IMG/VR virus record: IMGVR_UViG_3300042894_006610
Location: 1 to 29,556 of that record
Strand: one strand, 5' to 3'
DNA: 29,556 bases
Source of the DNA: a virus
Lineage: Duplodnaviria > Caudoviricetes
In this document: in pieces, positions 8,751 to 16,745 of the stretch
Layout: every line of letters starts with the position of its first letter
Position numbering within the stretch: the first letter of the stretch is position 1
The notes under the pieces: generated by a model
Told to the model about the DNA's origin: nothing
Databases searched by the model: none
What the model saw: only the letters and a program-made list of their open reading frames with translations
Program-made: the position numbers and the translations under genes

Positions 8751-11700
8751 TTAAACACCTGCTGCAATTTCGCCTGTGTTCAATATACGAACAGGAATGT
8801 AAATGAATTCCACTGCCTTGACAGGTTCAATCGCTATATCAATCCATAATTGATTAGCATCAATTCTAGCAGGTGTGTTATTACTTTCATCACATACTAC
8901 GAGATAATCGTAAAGACCACGCTTTGACTGAACATCTGCTAACAATGTTTGTACGACAGCTTTTGCCTGTGAACGTGTAATCACATCATTAGGTTCGAAG
9001 ATAAATGGACGAACTGCCTGTTGTAAACGCTCACGTAGGTAACATATCAAACGTGCAACATTCGTACGATCAAGTGAACTTTGACTATCAAAGCTATTCT
9101 TATTACCAAAGTTGAGTAAACCAATATTGGTAAAGAATGCTACAGGATTAATAAAGTTTGTGTACTCAATATTACGTAATGCTAAACGGTTCTTTGTTAC
9201 TACAAATTCGCCTGTTGCTGCATCAATGTAACCAATATTTGTTGCATTGTCTACAACACCTCGACGTTGACCTGCAGGAGCAAACCATGGATAAGCAATT
9301 GTATCGTTACGTAAAATAGTACGTAATAACATATAGCTTGGTGGTAAAGCAACTGCTGCACCTGTTAAGTCACTGCCAATACAACTTGGATAATATAATC
9401 CCATGTATGTATCACGTGTAACTAATCCATCTTCACCTGTTGATGTTGCTCCTGCTGCATTAGTTGCCCATGCAGAAATAGCGTTAGCATCATCAGCAAG
9501 ACGCATTGGTGTATCACCAACAATGTATCCTGTTTGACCACGATCATTATTTAATGTGACCATGTTTGGCTGAAGCTCAGGATAATTTGGTGTAGCAATC
9601 AAGTTAAAGTATGTGTCTTCTTCACGAACTGATTGGTTTGTATCAATTGCTGCTTTCATAGCAGATACAACCATTGCACGTTGTGCTTTACGACCCATAT
9701 ATGGAGCACCATTAGTCATATTTCCACTTGTTGTAACCCATGTATAACTAAACTCAGGTAAACTTCCAGGCGTTGTCGTTGGACTAATATATGAACTTGC
9801 ATTTGGATAATTTGTTTGTGTAAAATAATTAGTTCTAAATTGTTTTACGTTATAACCACTTCTACGTGTGTTGAATAACAATGTACCACGTGGATATAGT
9901 GAATAACTTGGAGCATCCAAATCAATATAGTTACTTGATAACAAGCTCACAATTGTTGGGATTGCATCATTGACAGGGTCTACGCCACTGTTTGGTGCCC
10001 AACGTGCATCAGCAAATACTACACCATTTTCTGTAACTTGGTCAGTATTGTCAAGTAATACCCATTGTGCTAAACCACTAACTAATTGCCAACGGTTAAT
10101 TACAGGATAATTTTCAAGATCACTTGTATCAATCCAAATATCACCATATACTAAAGGTGTACCATCACTTTGTACTGTTGGTTCACTTGCACTGATGATT
10201 GGACCTGCAGGGTCGGTTGTACCTGTTGCAGTAGTTGACCACAAACCATTTGTACCATAAGTTGCGTTACGATATCCAACCCACTGTGTACCTGTGTTGA
10301 CCATGATATCAACTTCATCAACAACACTGTAATACCAATTTGTATTATTTGTTGGTAGCGTTACAGGACGAATATCATTTGACTCATAACTAAATTCTTG
10401 CCAATTACTTAATGCAGTCATGTAGGAAGGTGTCATTTGTCCACCATAAGGTAACAATGAAACAATTGCTCCACCTGCTGCTGTTACATAAGCTGTTATT
10501 GTACTTGTTACGTATGGAGTTAATGATGAACCACCTAAGGTAACAATATCACCTGTTACATAACCTGTACCACCTGATACACTGATTGAGCTAATTGTAT
10601 AACCTGTGTAAACAATACCTGTTACAGTTGCTCCTGTACCTGTACCACCTGTTACAGTAAACGTACCTGCTGTAGGTCCTGATGTTTGTAAGGTTACTTG
10701 AGACATTGGGCCTGGTTTGCTGCCTGTAGGTGCTCCTGTTGTTGCACTTAAAGACAAACCTGCGATATCAATTGCACTGTTTGAATATGCATTATCATCT
10801 AGAAGAATTTGACCACCCTCAGTATGAGTCAATACAATTGCTCCTGTGCCTGATACTGATGCTGTGGTATAAGGTATATTTGCTGCTGACCATGCAGCAA
10901 CAAAATCTGATGCACCTTTAGCTGCTACAGTAGCAGGTAATGAAACTACATAACGTGGTGATAACGATGAACTACCAGGCATACTCACATACACACCAAA
11001 AGTTGATGCCCCTGTGCTAAAATTAGGACTTGTATTTGTACCTGTGAATGTTGATGCACCTGTTGCACTTCTACGGAATAATTGAATAGGTGCTGCGTTA
11101 TCTGTTGCACCGAATGAATATTGTGCATATAGTGTGTTTACTGCAATATTTTTACCACCTGCTGAGTCTAAATCAGCACTTGCGCTTGCATCATCCAAAT
11201 ATAATGGGCATGCTAGTGAAACAAAAGTATCAGTTGCTGCCACATAACGACTTGTTACTAAATTTGTACCTAAGTTGGCACTATTAGTTTTAATCCACAA
11301 GCTTCCTGTTGGACGTGCTGTAGCACTTGCTCTCCAATTTGGTTGTTGAGCGTTTGTACCATAAAATACTGTAGGAGCATTATATGTACCAACTTGGAAA
11401 CCAAATTGTGCCCAATGTGTTCCGCTTGCACCATCTGATAAAGTGATGGTTGAATCATATAATGAACGTTGGAAAATATTAACACGATTGTTTACAACAA
11501 CAGCTTTTAATAATGGCACATCAGGAATTGCATTAATTGCTGCTGCCAATGTTGAGGCATCAATACCTGAAGCAAAAGTTTCAGTAAATGTTTTTGCACC
11601 ACGTGTTACAGAAATTGTAAGATTGTAAGATGTGCCTGGGGTGACTGCGCTACCTTGTAATATAGGCACTGAGCTTAACCAATCTTGACTACCAACTGCA

Positions 11701-12371
11701 ACCCAACTATTATAAAGTGAATCACCTGTACTTAAGAATTGACCTGCTTTGTACCAATATGTATGGAACATGTCAGGATCACCGTAATCAGTAACACCTG
11801 TTACAACAGCATAGTCACCAATATTTCCAATATAAGACTGTGGTTCTTGTGATGAATTTACAGTATCTGCACTACTATCAATAACGATTGGAGTTTGTAC
11901 ATCAAAATCAAGTGTTGATTGATTGAATTGGAACATACCCCATGTACTATTTGTTGTATCTAACCAAAATGTTCCATCTGCGGGATTTCCTGCAGGGCGA
12001 CCAATTTGACCAACTAAACTAGCTAAATCAATATCTGCACGTAAAACATAACAAAGATTGGTTGCACCAAGTACACTGTATGCGGTCATTAAACCATACT
12101 CATTTAATTCATAACCTTGAATAGGTGTACCATTGGTGGTTTTATAGAAAAATGGATTTCCATAAAGTGTAACAAGATCACGCTGACTTGTCACACGGTA
12201 TAATTTATTTGCATTTGCTGCGGTAGTTGCTACAGCGACCCCTGTGCCCGAAGCATTTGCCTTGTTTTGTGCTGTAGCTACTAACAGCATTGGAACTGAA
12301 TTTGAACCTGCGGGTAAGTACTGACTCTGATCGATGATCGTTACTTCCACGCCTGGGCTAACAAGTGCCAT
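8751..12371 (-). CDS. gp18: Contractile tail sheath protein, T4 gp18-like, enlarged (1206 aa)
   Basis: N-terminal MALVSPGVEVTIIDQS; C-terminal YPWFAPAG.RRG, INPV, LDRTNVARL, FIFEPND..TR, YDYLVVCDESNNTPARID.N.L.IDIAIEPVKAVEFIYIP. Confidence 0.95.
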   Translation of the reverse strand: MALVSPGVEVTIIDQSQYLPAGSNSVPMLLVATAQNKANASGTGVAVATTAANANKLYRVTSQRDLVTLYGNPFFYKTTNGTPIQGYELNEYGLMTAYSVLGATNLCYVLRADIDLASLVGQIGRPAGNPADGTFWLDTTNSTWGMFQFNQSTLDFDVQTPIVIDSSADTVNSSQEPQSYIGNIGDYAVVTGVTDYGDPDMFHTYWYKAGQFLSTGDSLYNSWVAVGSQDWLSSVPILQGSAVTPGTSYNLTISVTRGAKTFTETFASGIDASTLAAAINAIPDVPLLKAVVVNNRVNIFQRSLYDSTITLSDGASGTHWAQFGFQVGTYNAPTVFYGTNAQQPNWRASATARPTGSLWIKTNSANLGTNLVTSRYVAATDTFVSLACPLYLDDASASADLDSAGGKNIAVNTLYAQYSFGATDNAAPIQLFRRSATGASTFTGTNTSPNFSTGASTFGVYVSMPGSSSLSPRYVVSLPATVAAKGASDFVAAWSAANIPYTTASVSGTGAIVLTHTEGGQILLDDNAYSNSAIDIAGLSLSATTGAPTGSKPGPMSQVTLQTSGPTAGTFTVTGGTGTGATVTGIVYTGYTISSISVSGGTGYVTGDIVTLGGSSLTPYVTSTITAYVTAAGGAIVSLLPYGGQMTPSYMTALSNWQEFSYESNDIRPVTLPTNNTNWYYSVVDEVDIMVNTGTQWVGYRNATYGTNGLWSTTATGTTDPAGPIISASEPTVQSDGTPLVYGDIWIDTSDLENYPVINRWQLVSGLAQWVLLDNTDQVTENGVVFADARWAPNSGVDPVNDAIPTIVSLLSSNYIDLDAPSYSLYPRGTLLFNTRRSGYNVKQFRTNYFTQTNYPNASSYISPTTTPGSLPEFSYTWVTTSGNMTNGAPYMGRKAQRAMVVSAMKAAIDTNQSVREEDTYFNLIATPNYPELQPNMVTLNNDRGQTGYIVGDTPMRLADDANAISAWATNAAGATSTGEDGLVTRDTYMGLYYPSCIGSDLTGAAVALPPSYMLLRTILRNDTIAYPWFAPAGQRRGVVDNATNIGYIDAATGEFVVTKNRLALRNIEYTNFINPVAFFTNIGLLNFGNKNSFDSQSSLDRTNVARLICYLRERLQQAVRPFIFEPNDVITRSQAKAVVQTLLADVQSKRGLYDYLVVCDESNNTPARIDANQLWIDIAIEPVKAVEFIYIPVRILNTGEIAAGV

Positions 12372-12417
12372 ATTATTTCTCCTAATGAATAAAAATGAAG
12401 CTATACCTCATTAATAT

Positions 12418-12424
12418 TATTTAG
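12418..12424 (-). promoter_or_regulatory. Putative late promoter CTAAATA for the sheath gene
   Basis: TAAATA motif upstream of the AGGAG SD and ATG 12371. Confidence 0.55.
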
Positions 12425-12453
12425 GAAATTTACTGAAAAAGACCCTGTAATAC

Positions 12454-12469
12454 ACTCTACTAGTAGAGT
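12454..12469. promoter_or_regulatory. Perfect 16-bp palindrome ACTCTACTAGTAGAGT, possible operator
   Basis: Self-complementary with no loop; lies between two divergent TAAATA promoters. Confidence 0.5.
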
Positions 12470-12475
12470 TGCGCT

Positions 12476-12483
12476 TATAAATA
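12476..12483 (+). promoter_or_regulatory. T4 consensus late promoter TATAAATA (leaderless gene follows)
   Basis: Exact T4 late consensus; ATG 12489 is 5 nt downstream. Confidence 0.6.
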
Positions 12484-12488
12484 GGCAA

Positions 12489-12833
12489 ATGAGACCTATT
12501 TGCAAAGTTTGTAACAAAAACCCACGTGCCCCTGCTTATTATAGGAATGGTAAAAGATATTTTAGAGCACGATGTTCTACTTGTATTTCAGCTAACAAAC
12601 AATTACCAAAATCCAAACCTAAATGGGAACTTAAAGGTTATAAAAAGAAAGTAATTTGTGATGTATGTGGGTTTCGTTCGCAATATAATTCACAAATCAC
12701 AGTATGGCATATTGATGGCAACTTAAACAATACTGAATTAATAAACTTACGCAGTGTATGCTTAAATTGCGTTGAAGTAATTAAGAGAAAGCAGACACTA
12801 TGGAAAGTTGGCGATCTTCAAGTAGATTATTAA
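12489..12833 (+). CDS. Zn-finger / degenerate HNH endonuclease-like protein
   Basis: Four CxxC pairs (CKVC, CSTC, CDVC, CLNC) and WHIDGNLNN....NL...CLNC HNH-type motif lacking the final His. Confidence 0.75.
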   Translation: MRPICKVCNKNPRAPAYYRNGKRYFRARCSTCISANKQLPKSKPKWELKGYKKKVICDVCGFRSQYNSQITVWHIDGNLNNTELINLRSVCLNCVEVIKRKQTLWKVGDLQVDY

Positions 12834-13443
12834 TTTTTTGGTGTAATTCATCTATTGTACTATCATTTTCTATAACAACATCAAAATTTAAACCACAATG
12901 ACTGTATTCACTAGCATGTACTTTTGCATCTTCTAATTCACGCCTAGCTAATGCCCAACCCATGTGCTTTGGTCCTGAGTTATAGGCAACGGCTGCTTCA
13001 TACCATGATGGATCTTGACCACGTTTAACACGTACGACAATACCACCTGATTTATGTATAGCATCTACTTCATTTGCAAATCTACAATCAGTGATAACAA
13101 TACTGTCTTGAGTTTTACTTAATTTACGTTCGACACTAGCAACCCATATTTCATCATGAAAATGATTTCGAAATAATTCTGTGCCCCAATTTTGTAATAT
13201 CATTCTTGGTGTAAGATTAGGTATGTTTAAACGGGTTGCCCACCATGGATCAACTTCCTCTCGCCATGCTCTACTTGATTTAGTAACACCATCAAGCATT
13301 TCACGATCCCATCCAAATACTGCTGCTACGGTATCTTTTAAACTTTCAGCAAATGATAAACGTCTAAATCCATGTTCATCAATAAGATAACTTGCTATGG
13401 TGTCTTTACCACTACCAATTAATCCGCATATACCTACAATCAT
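12781..13443 (-). CDS. Deoxynucleoside monophosphate kinase, T4 gp1-like
   Basis: P-loop GLIGSGKDT, SFAESLKD, TPRMILQNWGTE, VITDCRFANE, HASE; start placed at ATG 13443 (GGAGGG SD 5 nt upstream) rather than 13455. Confidence 0.9.
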   Translation of the reverse strand: MIVGICGLIGSGKDTIASYLIDEHGFRRLSFAESLKDTVAAVFGWDREMLDGVTKSSRAWREEVDPWWATRLNIPNLTPRMILQNWGTELFRNHFHDEIWVASVERKLSKTQDSIVITDCRFANEVDAIHKSGGIVVRVKRGQDPSWYEAAVAYNSGPKHMGWALARRELEDAKVHASEYSHCGLNFDVVIENDSTIDELHQKINNLLEDRQLSIVSAFS

Positions 13444-13505
13444 AATACCCTCCACATAAACGTATTATGACATATATATTGCAAAAATAAAGTATATTTG
13501 GATTT

Positions 13506-14279
13506 TTATCCTTGTACCCAAGTTAAAGGTTGTGACCAATCAACATAACGCTTGAGTTCGTCGATCAATTCAGCAAAACCTTCCTTAGCCTCAGCTTTCA
13601 TTGCTGTGCCATTTAATGTGGTGCCACCCGTAGGTCCTGCAATAGTGCCAAACTTTTCACGTGCTTCACCAATAATCATCTTACACTGACACAGTGTCCA
13701 ACTAGTTATCCAATTGGCAATAGATGGATCCTTTAACAATGTAATTTCAGGTTTCATATTGTATGTCCATAACAATAACTGTTCACCACTGCCCTTAAAA
13801 TTACGAACAAAACTAATTTCTTTTGTTACAGGATTAAACGTAAAAATAACATAACCACCAAACATACGTGCAGCTAACTCAATATAACCTGCATAAAAAT
13901 CATAAGTAGCTAAACCCCCTGCATAGTTATAATTTAACAAATAAGTATTTAAAATTGCACTAGAAAATGGATCAAATGAAGAAGCTGCGGGTCCTGTTTC
14001 CAACCCAACTGTTCTGCGAAATACTTCACGAACTATAGTAACTTCTTGTGGTAATATGTAAGTATATTGATTATTTTCTACAGTAAGTAAACTGTATGAT
14101 TCTTCATACGCATTAGTGGCACGTTGTCTATATGTTGCAATTGCATATTGATATGCTGCTTCATAATGTGCAGGATCAAGTTCTAAATCAATGATTCCTC
14201 CACCTAAACGTAAACGAACATTATTAAATAATGCTTCTTTTTGATCTTGTAATGGAGGTAGTACAGGTGTAACTGACAT
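13506..14279 (-). CDS. gp13: Neck protein, T4 gp13-like
   Basis: LRLGGGIIDLELDP.H at the N terminus; K..IGEAREKF.TIAGP.GG.TLNG...K.EA at the C terminus. Confidence 0.8.
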   Translation of the reverse strand: MSVTPVLPPLQDQKEALFNNVRLRLGGGIIDLELDPAHYEAAYQYAIATYRQRATNAYEESYSLLTVENNQYTYILPQEVTIVREVFRRTVGLETGPAASSFDPFSSAILNTYLLNYNYAGGLATYDFYAGYIELAARMFGGYVIFTFNPVTKEISFVRNFKGSGEQLLLWTYNMKPEITLLKDPSIANWITSWTLCQCKMIIGEAREKFGTIAGPTGGTTLNGTAMKAEAKEGFAELIDELKRYVDWSQPLTWVQG

Positions 14280-14302
14280 AATTTACTCTCAGGTTATGAA
14301 AG

Positions 14303-14310
14303 TATTTATT
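14303..14310 (-). promoter_or_regulatory. Putative late promoter AATAAATA
   Basis: TAAATA motif upstream of the neck gene, overlapping the stop of the small zinc-ribbon ORF. Confidence 0.5.
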
Positions 14311-14482
14311 CAGTTTCATCCTGTATTTCATATTGATTGCCACAATCAGGACAAATAAAACAACATGCTTGTGAAACATATACAAATCCATGTATATGTC
14401 CACAATCACCTTTTAGTATATCAAATGTAGACCGTTCATTGGTAGTTTGCATAACTTCAATAGATTTTGTAAATAAATTCAC
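14306..14482 (-). CDS. Small zinc-ribbon protein, 58 aa (absent from ORF track)
   Basis: MNLFTKSIEVMQTTNERSTFDILKGDCGHIHGFVYVSQACCFICPDCGNQYEIQDETE; GTG start overlaps the MazG TGA (GTGA); GAAGGTGA SD; fills the intergenic gap. Confidence 0.7.
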   Translation of the reverse strand: MNLFTKSIEVMQTTNERSTFDILKGDCGHIHGFVYVSQACCFICPDCGNQYEIQDETE

Positions 14483-14931
14483 AGATCACCTTCTTTACGA
14501 TTTTCGCTATACCATGGATCAAATGAACCACTTGGATAACGAGATTGTAATTTAGTAACATTTTCAGCAATTACGTCATTAGGATCAAGGTTTAAAGCAC
14601 GACACATATTAACCCAATACCATATAATATCACCTAATTCACGTTTCATGTGAAATAAATTTTCTTCATTAAGTGGTTTACCCTGAAAACACATCTTTTT
14701 TACAATTTCCATTAACTCACCTGATTCACTACATAGTCCCATTGCTCCTGTAAGCATAAGTGGCACATTTACATCAGGCCCATGTTGGTTATTTGCAAAA
14801 TCATAATTACCATCAAGAACATCTAGTCTATTCATAAATGTACTAAGATCATTACTTCCTGCGCTTGTTACTGCTTGAACAAACTCGGTATATTTTTTTA
14901 AATCAATTTGTTTATTCATTCCATGCTCCAT
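14479..14931 (-). CDS. mazG: MazG-like NTP pyrophosphohydrolase
   Basis: GLCSESGELMEIVKK...FQGK...HMKRELGDIIWY...N..KL..RYP; the true start may be ATG 14919 (GGAG upstream). Confidence 0.85.
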   Translation of the reverse strand: MEHGMNKQIDLKKYTEFVQAVTSAGSNDLSTFMNRLDVLDGNYDFANNQHGPDVNVPLMLTGAMGLCSESGELMEIVKKMCFQGKPLNEENLFHMKRELGDIIWYWVNMCRALNLDPNDVIAENVTKLQSRYPSGSFDPWYSENRKEGDL

Positions 14932-15523
14932 ACTTAAGCCCCTCTGTACCTAAAGAATTTCTACCGTCCAACATATATTTTGGATAAAAAATATTATTTT
15001 TATCAATATAGTGTAAAAAAAATTGTGTATGCTGTTTACCAAAGTATTCATTTCTCCAATGCTTCATTTTAGTTCCTTGATAAATTAAAGCATCTCCATC
15101 ATTTAATTCAATTGAAAGAATATCATCTTGTAAGGTATGGAGGTATAAAGGCCAATCAATATCTTCTTTGTTAATACAAACTGAAACTGAATATTCACAA
15201 CTTTTACGATCTATGTGTGGCATTAATTTACTGCCATGATAATAAGTCCTATGATAACTATATGACTCAGCTAAGTCTTTTTTTACTATTTTTGCAACTT
15301 TATCTCGATACGACATTAATAAACTATCAGTGTGAAACCCACCGTACCAAGAAAAACATCGGTCAACTAAGTCATCTTGAAAGGGGTATGGTTTTTCTTT
15401 TGTTATCGGTTTTTCTTTGTACAATCGATCTTCAAAAAGCTTAACGTAATTTTTTAAAAAAATAATCATTTCTTTATTTAAGAAGTTTCTTACAATTTTA
15501 TATTTCTGTTCACTGAAAGACAC
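14912..15523 (-). CDS. 2OG-Fe(II) oxygenase superfamily protein
   Basis: YSY.R.Y..G..L.PHIDR.SCEYSVS (HxD), GDALIYQG....HWR (distal His), QFFLHY. Confidence 0.85.
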   Translation of the reverse strand: MSFSEQKYKIVRNFLNKEMIIFLKNYVKLFEDRLYKEKPITKEKPYPFQDDLVDRCFSWYGGFHTDSLLMSYRDKVAKIVKKDLAESYSYHRTYYHGSKLMPHIDRKSCEYSVSVCINKEDIDWPLYLHTLQDDILSIELNDGDALIYQGTKMKHWRNEYFGKQHTQFFLHYIDKNNIFYPKYMLDGRNSLGTEGLKYGAWNE

Positions 15524-15524
15524 G

Positions 15525-16685
15525 TTAAAAAACCTTTAAAATAATTATAGTTTCGCCCATTCTACCACTTGGTTGTGTAAGTAACGTTTTAATATCTTTA
15601 AAAAACTTTCTAGCTGCAGGTTTTCCGCTACTCATTAACTCTTTCAGTTGTTCTTCAGGTTTACGTAAAGTTTTTGTCCCACTTTGTACTACATCAAACC
15701 CTAGTATCGTATTTCCTTTTACAGTCATTACTTGTGAATGAGCGTCTGCAATGTAATAAGACAATCTACGTTTGGCAGTATCATATACCCATATTTCTGT
15801 TGCACCAATTAATTTAGATGGCAAAATGCTGCGTAATCCTAATTTTTCATCTTTTAATTGAAATTTTATATTTTTAGTTTGTTGTTCAGGACTGAGTATT
15901 TTCTTCTTGCGTATTGGTTGCTGTGATTTTTTAATATTAACATAACCATTAATTTCATGAATAATGCTTTCGCAAAACTTAACTAAATTTTTAATTTGTG
16001 TTTTAGTCAAATGTGAATAACCTAGCACTAAATCTTTATCTTTACTATTATAAACAGATTGAAATTCTTCCATTTTTTTCTGCCATGTTTCAAGCAGAAT
16101 CGAGGTATGTTGAGGCAAGATATTTTTTTCAGTCAAAATTCCAACAACATCGGGCAAATTTTGTTTTTTAGTTCTACTTATTAAGTAATCATCAAATGCA
16201 CCTTCTAATTCACCACATACTTCATGTGCACGTGTACGCATAATTTCTTGTACATTAGGTTTTACAGCGGTATCTTCTTTTTTAATAACTTCAGGTTTAG
16301 CAGTAGTTTCTAATAACCGTGTTACTTCATTACTTAATATATGAGATTCGTGTTCTGTTAATTCTAAGCCACGCATGTTCATTCGTGCTAACCAACATAA
16401 GGTTACCATAAATTCATTGTCATGTACACGCCTCATTAGTTTAGCGTGTGAATCTTGCTTCAACCATTCTAAATATTGTGCCATCATTTCTTTGGCATCT
16501 TTCTTATCAAAGAACCTTGAATACCAAGTAAATGATTTTGCTAATGCACCATCCCGTACATCATCTTCAGGTTGCATAATAAAATTTGGTTCATAACCAT
16601 AATACTTAAGATCTGTATCCTTTGGAACTAAATCTTTAATATTTGAATTTTCGTTTTGTTTCTTGTCTTTCTTAGCCATATCCAT
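15525..16685 (-). CDS. Phage hypothetical protein (Lys-rich, largely helical)
   Basis: 386-aa ORF; first gene of the leftward unit with oxygenase and MazG. Confidence 0.8.
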   Translation of the reverse strand: MDMAKKDKKQNENSNIKDLVPKDTDLKYYGYEPNFIMQPEDDVRDGALAKSFTWYSRFFDKKDAKEMMAQYLEWLKQDSHAKLMRRVHDNEFMVTLCWLARMNMRGLELTEHESHILSNEVTRLLETTAKPEVIKKEDTAVKPNVQEIMRTRAHEVCGELEGAFDDYLISRTKKQNLPDVVGILTEKNILPQHTSILLETWQKKMEEFQSVYNSKDKDLVLGYSHLTKTQIKNLVKFCESIIHEINGYVNIKKSQQPIRKKKILSPEQQTKNIKFQLKDEKLGLRSILPSKLIGATEIWVYDTAKRRLSYYIADAHSQVMTVKGNTILGFDVVQSGTKTLRKPEEQLKELMSSGKPAARKFFKDIKTLLTQPSGRMGETIIILKVF

Positions 16686-16700
16686 AACCCAACTGTACCT

Positions 16701-16737
16701 TATTTACAATAGAACCACAAAAACTTTCAGATAAATA
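16701..16737. promoter_or_regulatory. Back-to-back TAAATA promoter motifs (GTAAATA on -, GATAAATA on +)
   Basis: 16701-16707 (-) and 16730-16737 (+) in the 60-bp divergent gap. Confidence 0.5.
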
Positions 16738-16745
16738 TATAAATC

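Noticed and set aside
14224-14555. Track ORFs 14224-14409 (-) and 14337-14555 (+)
   Set aside because: Both overlap real genes; the 14306-14482 zinc-ribbon frame explains the region better
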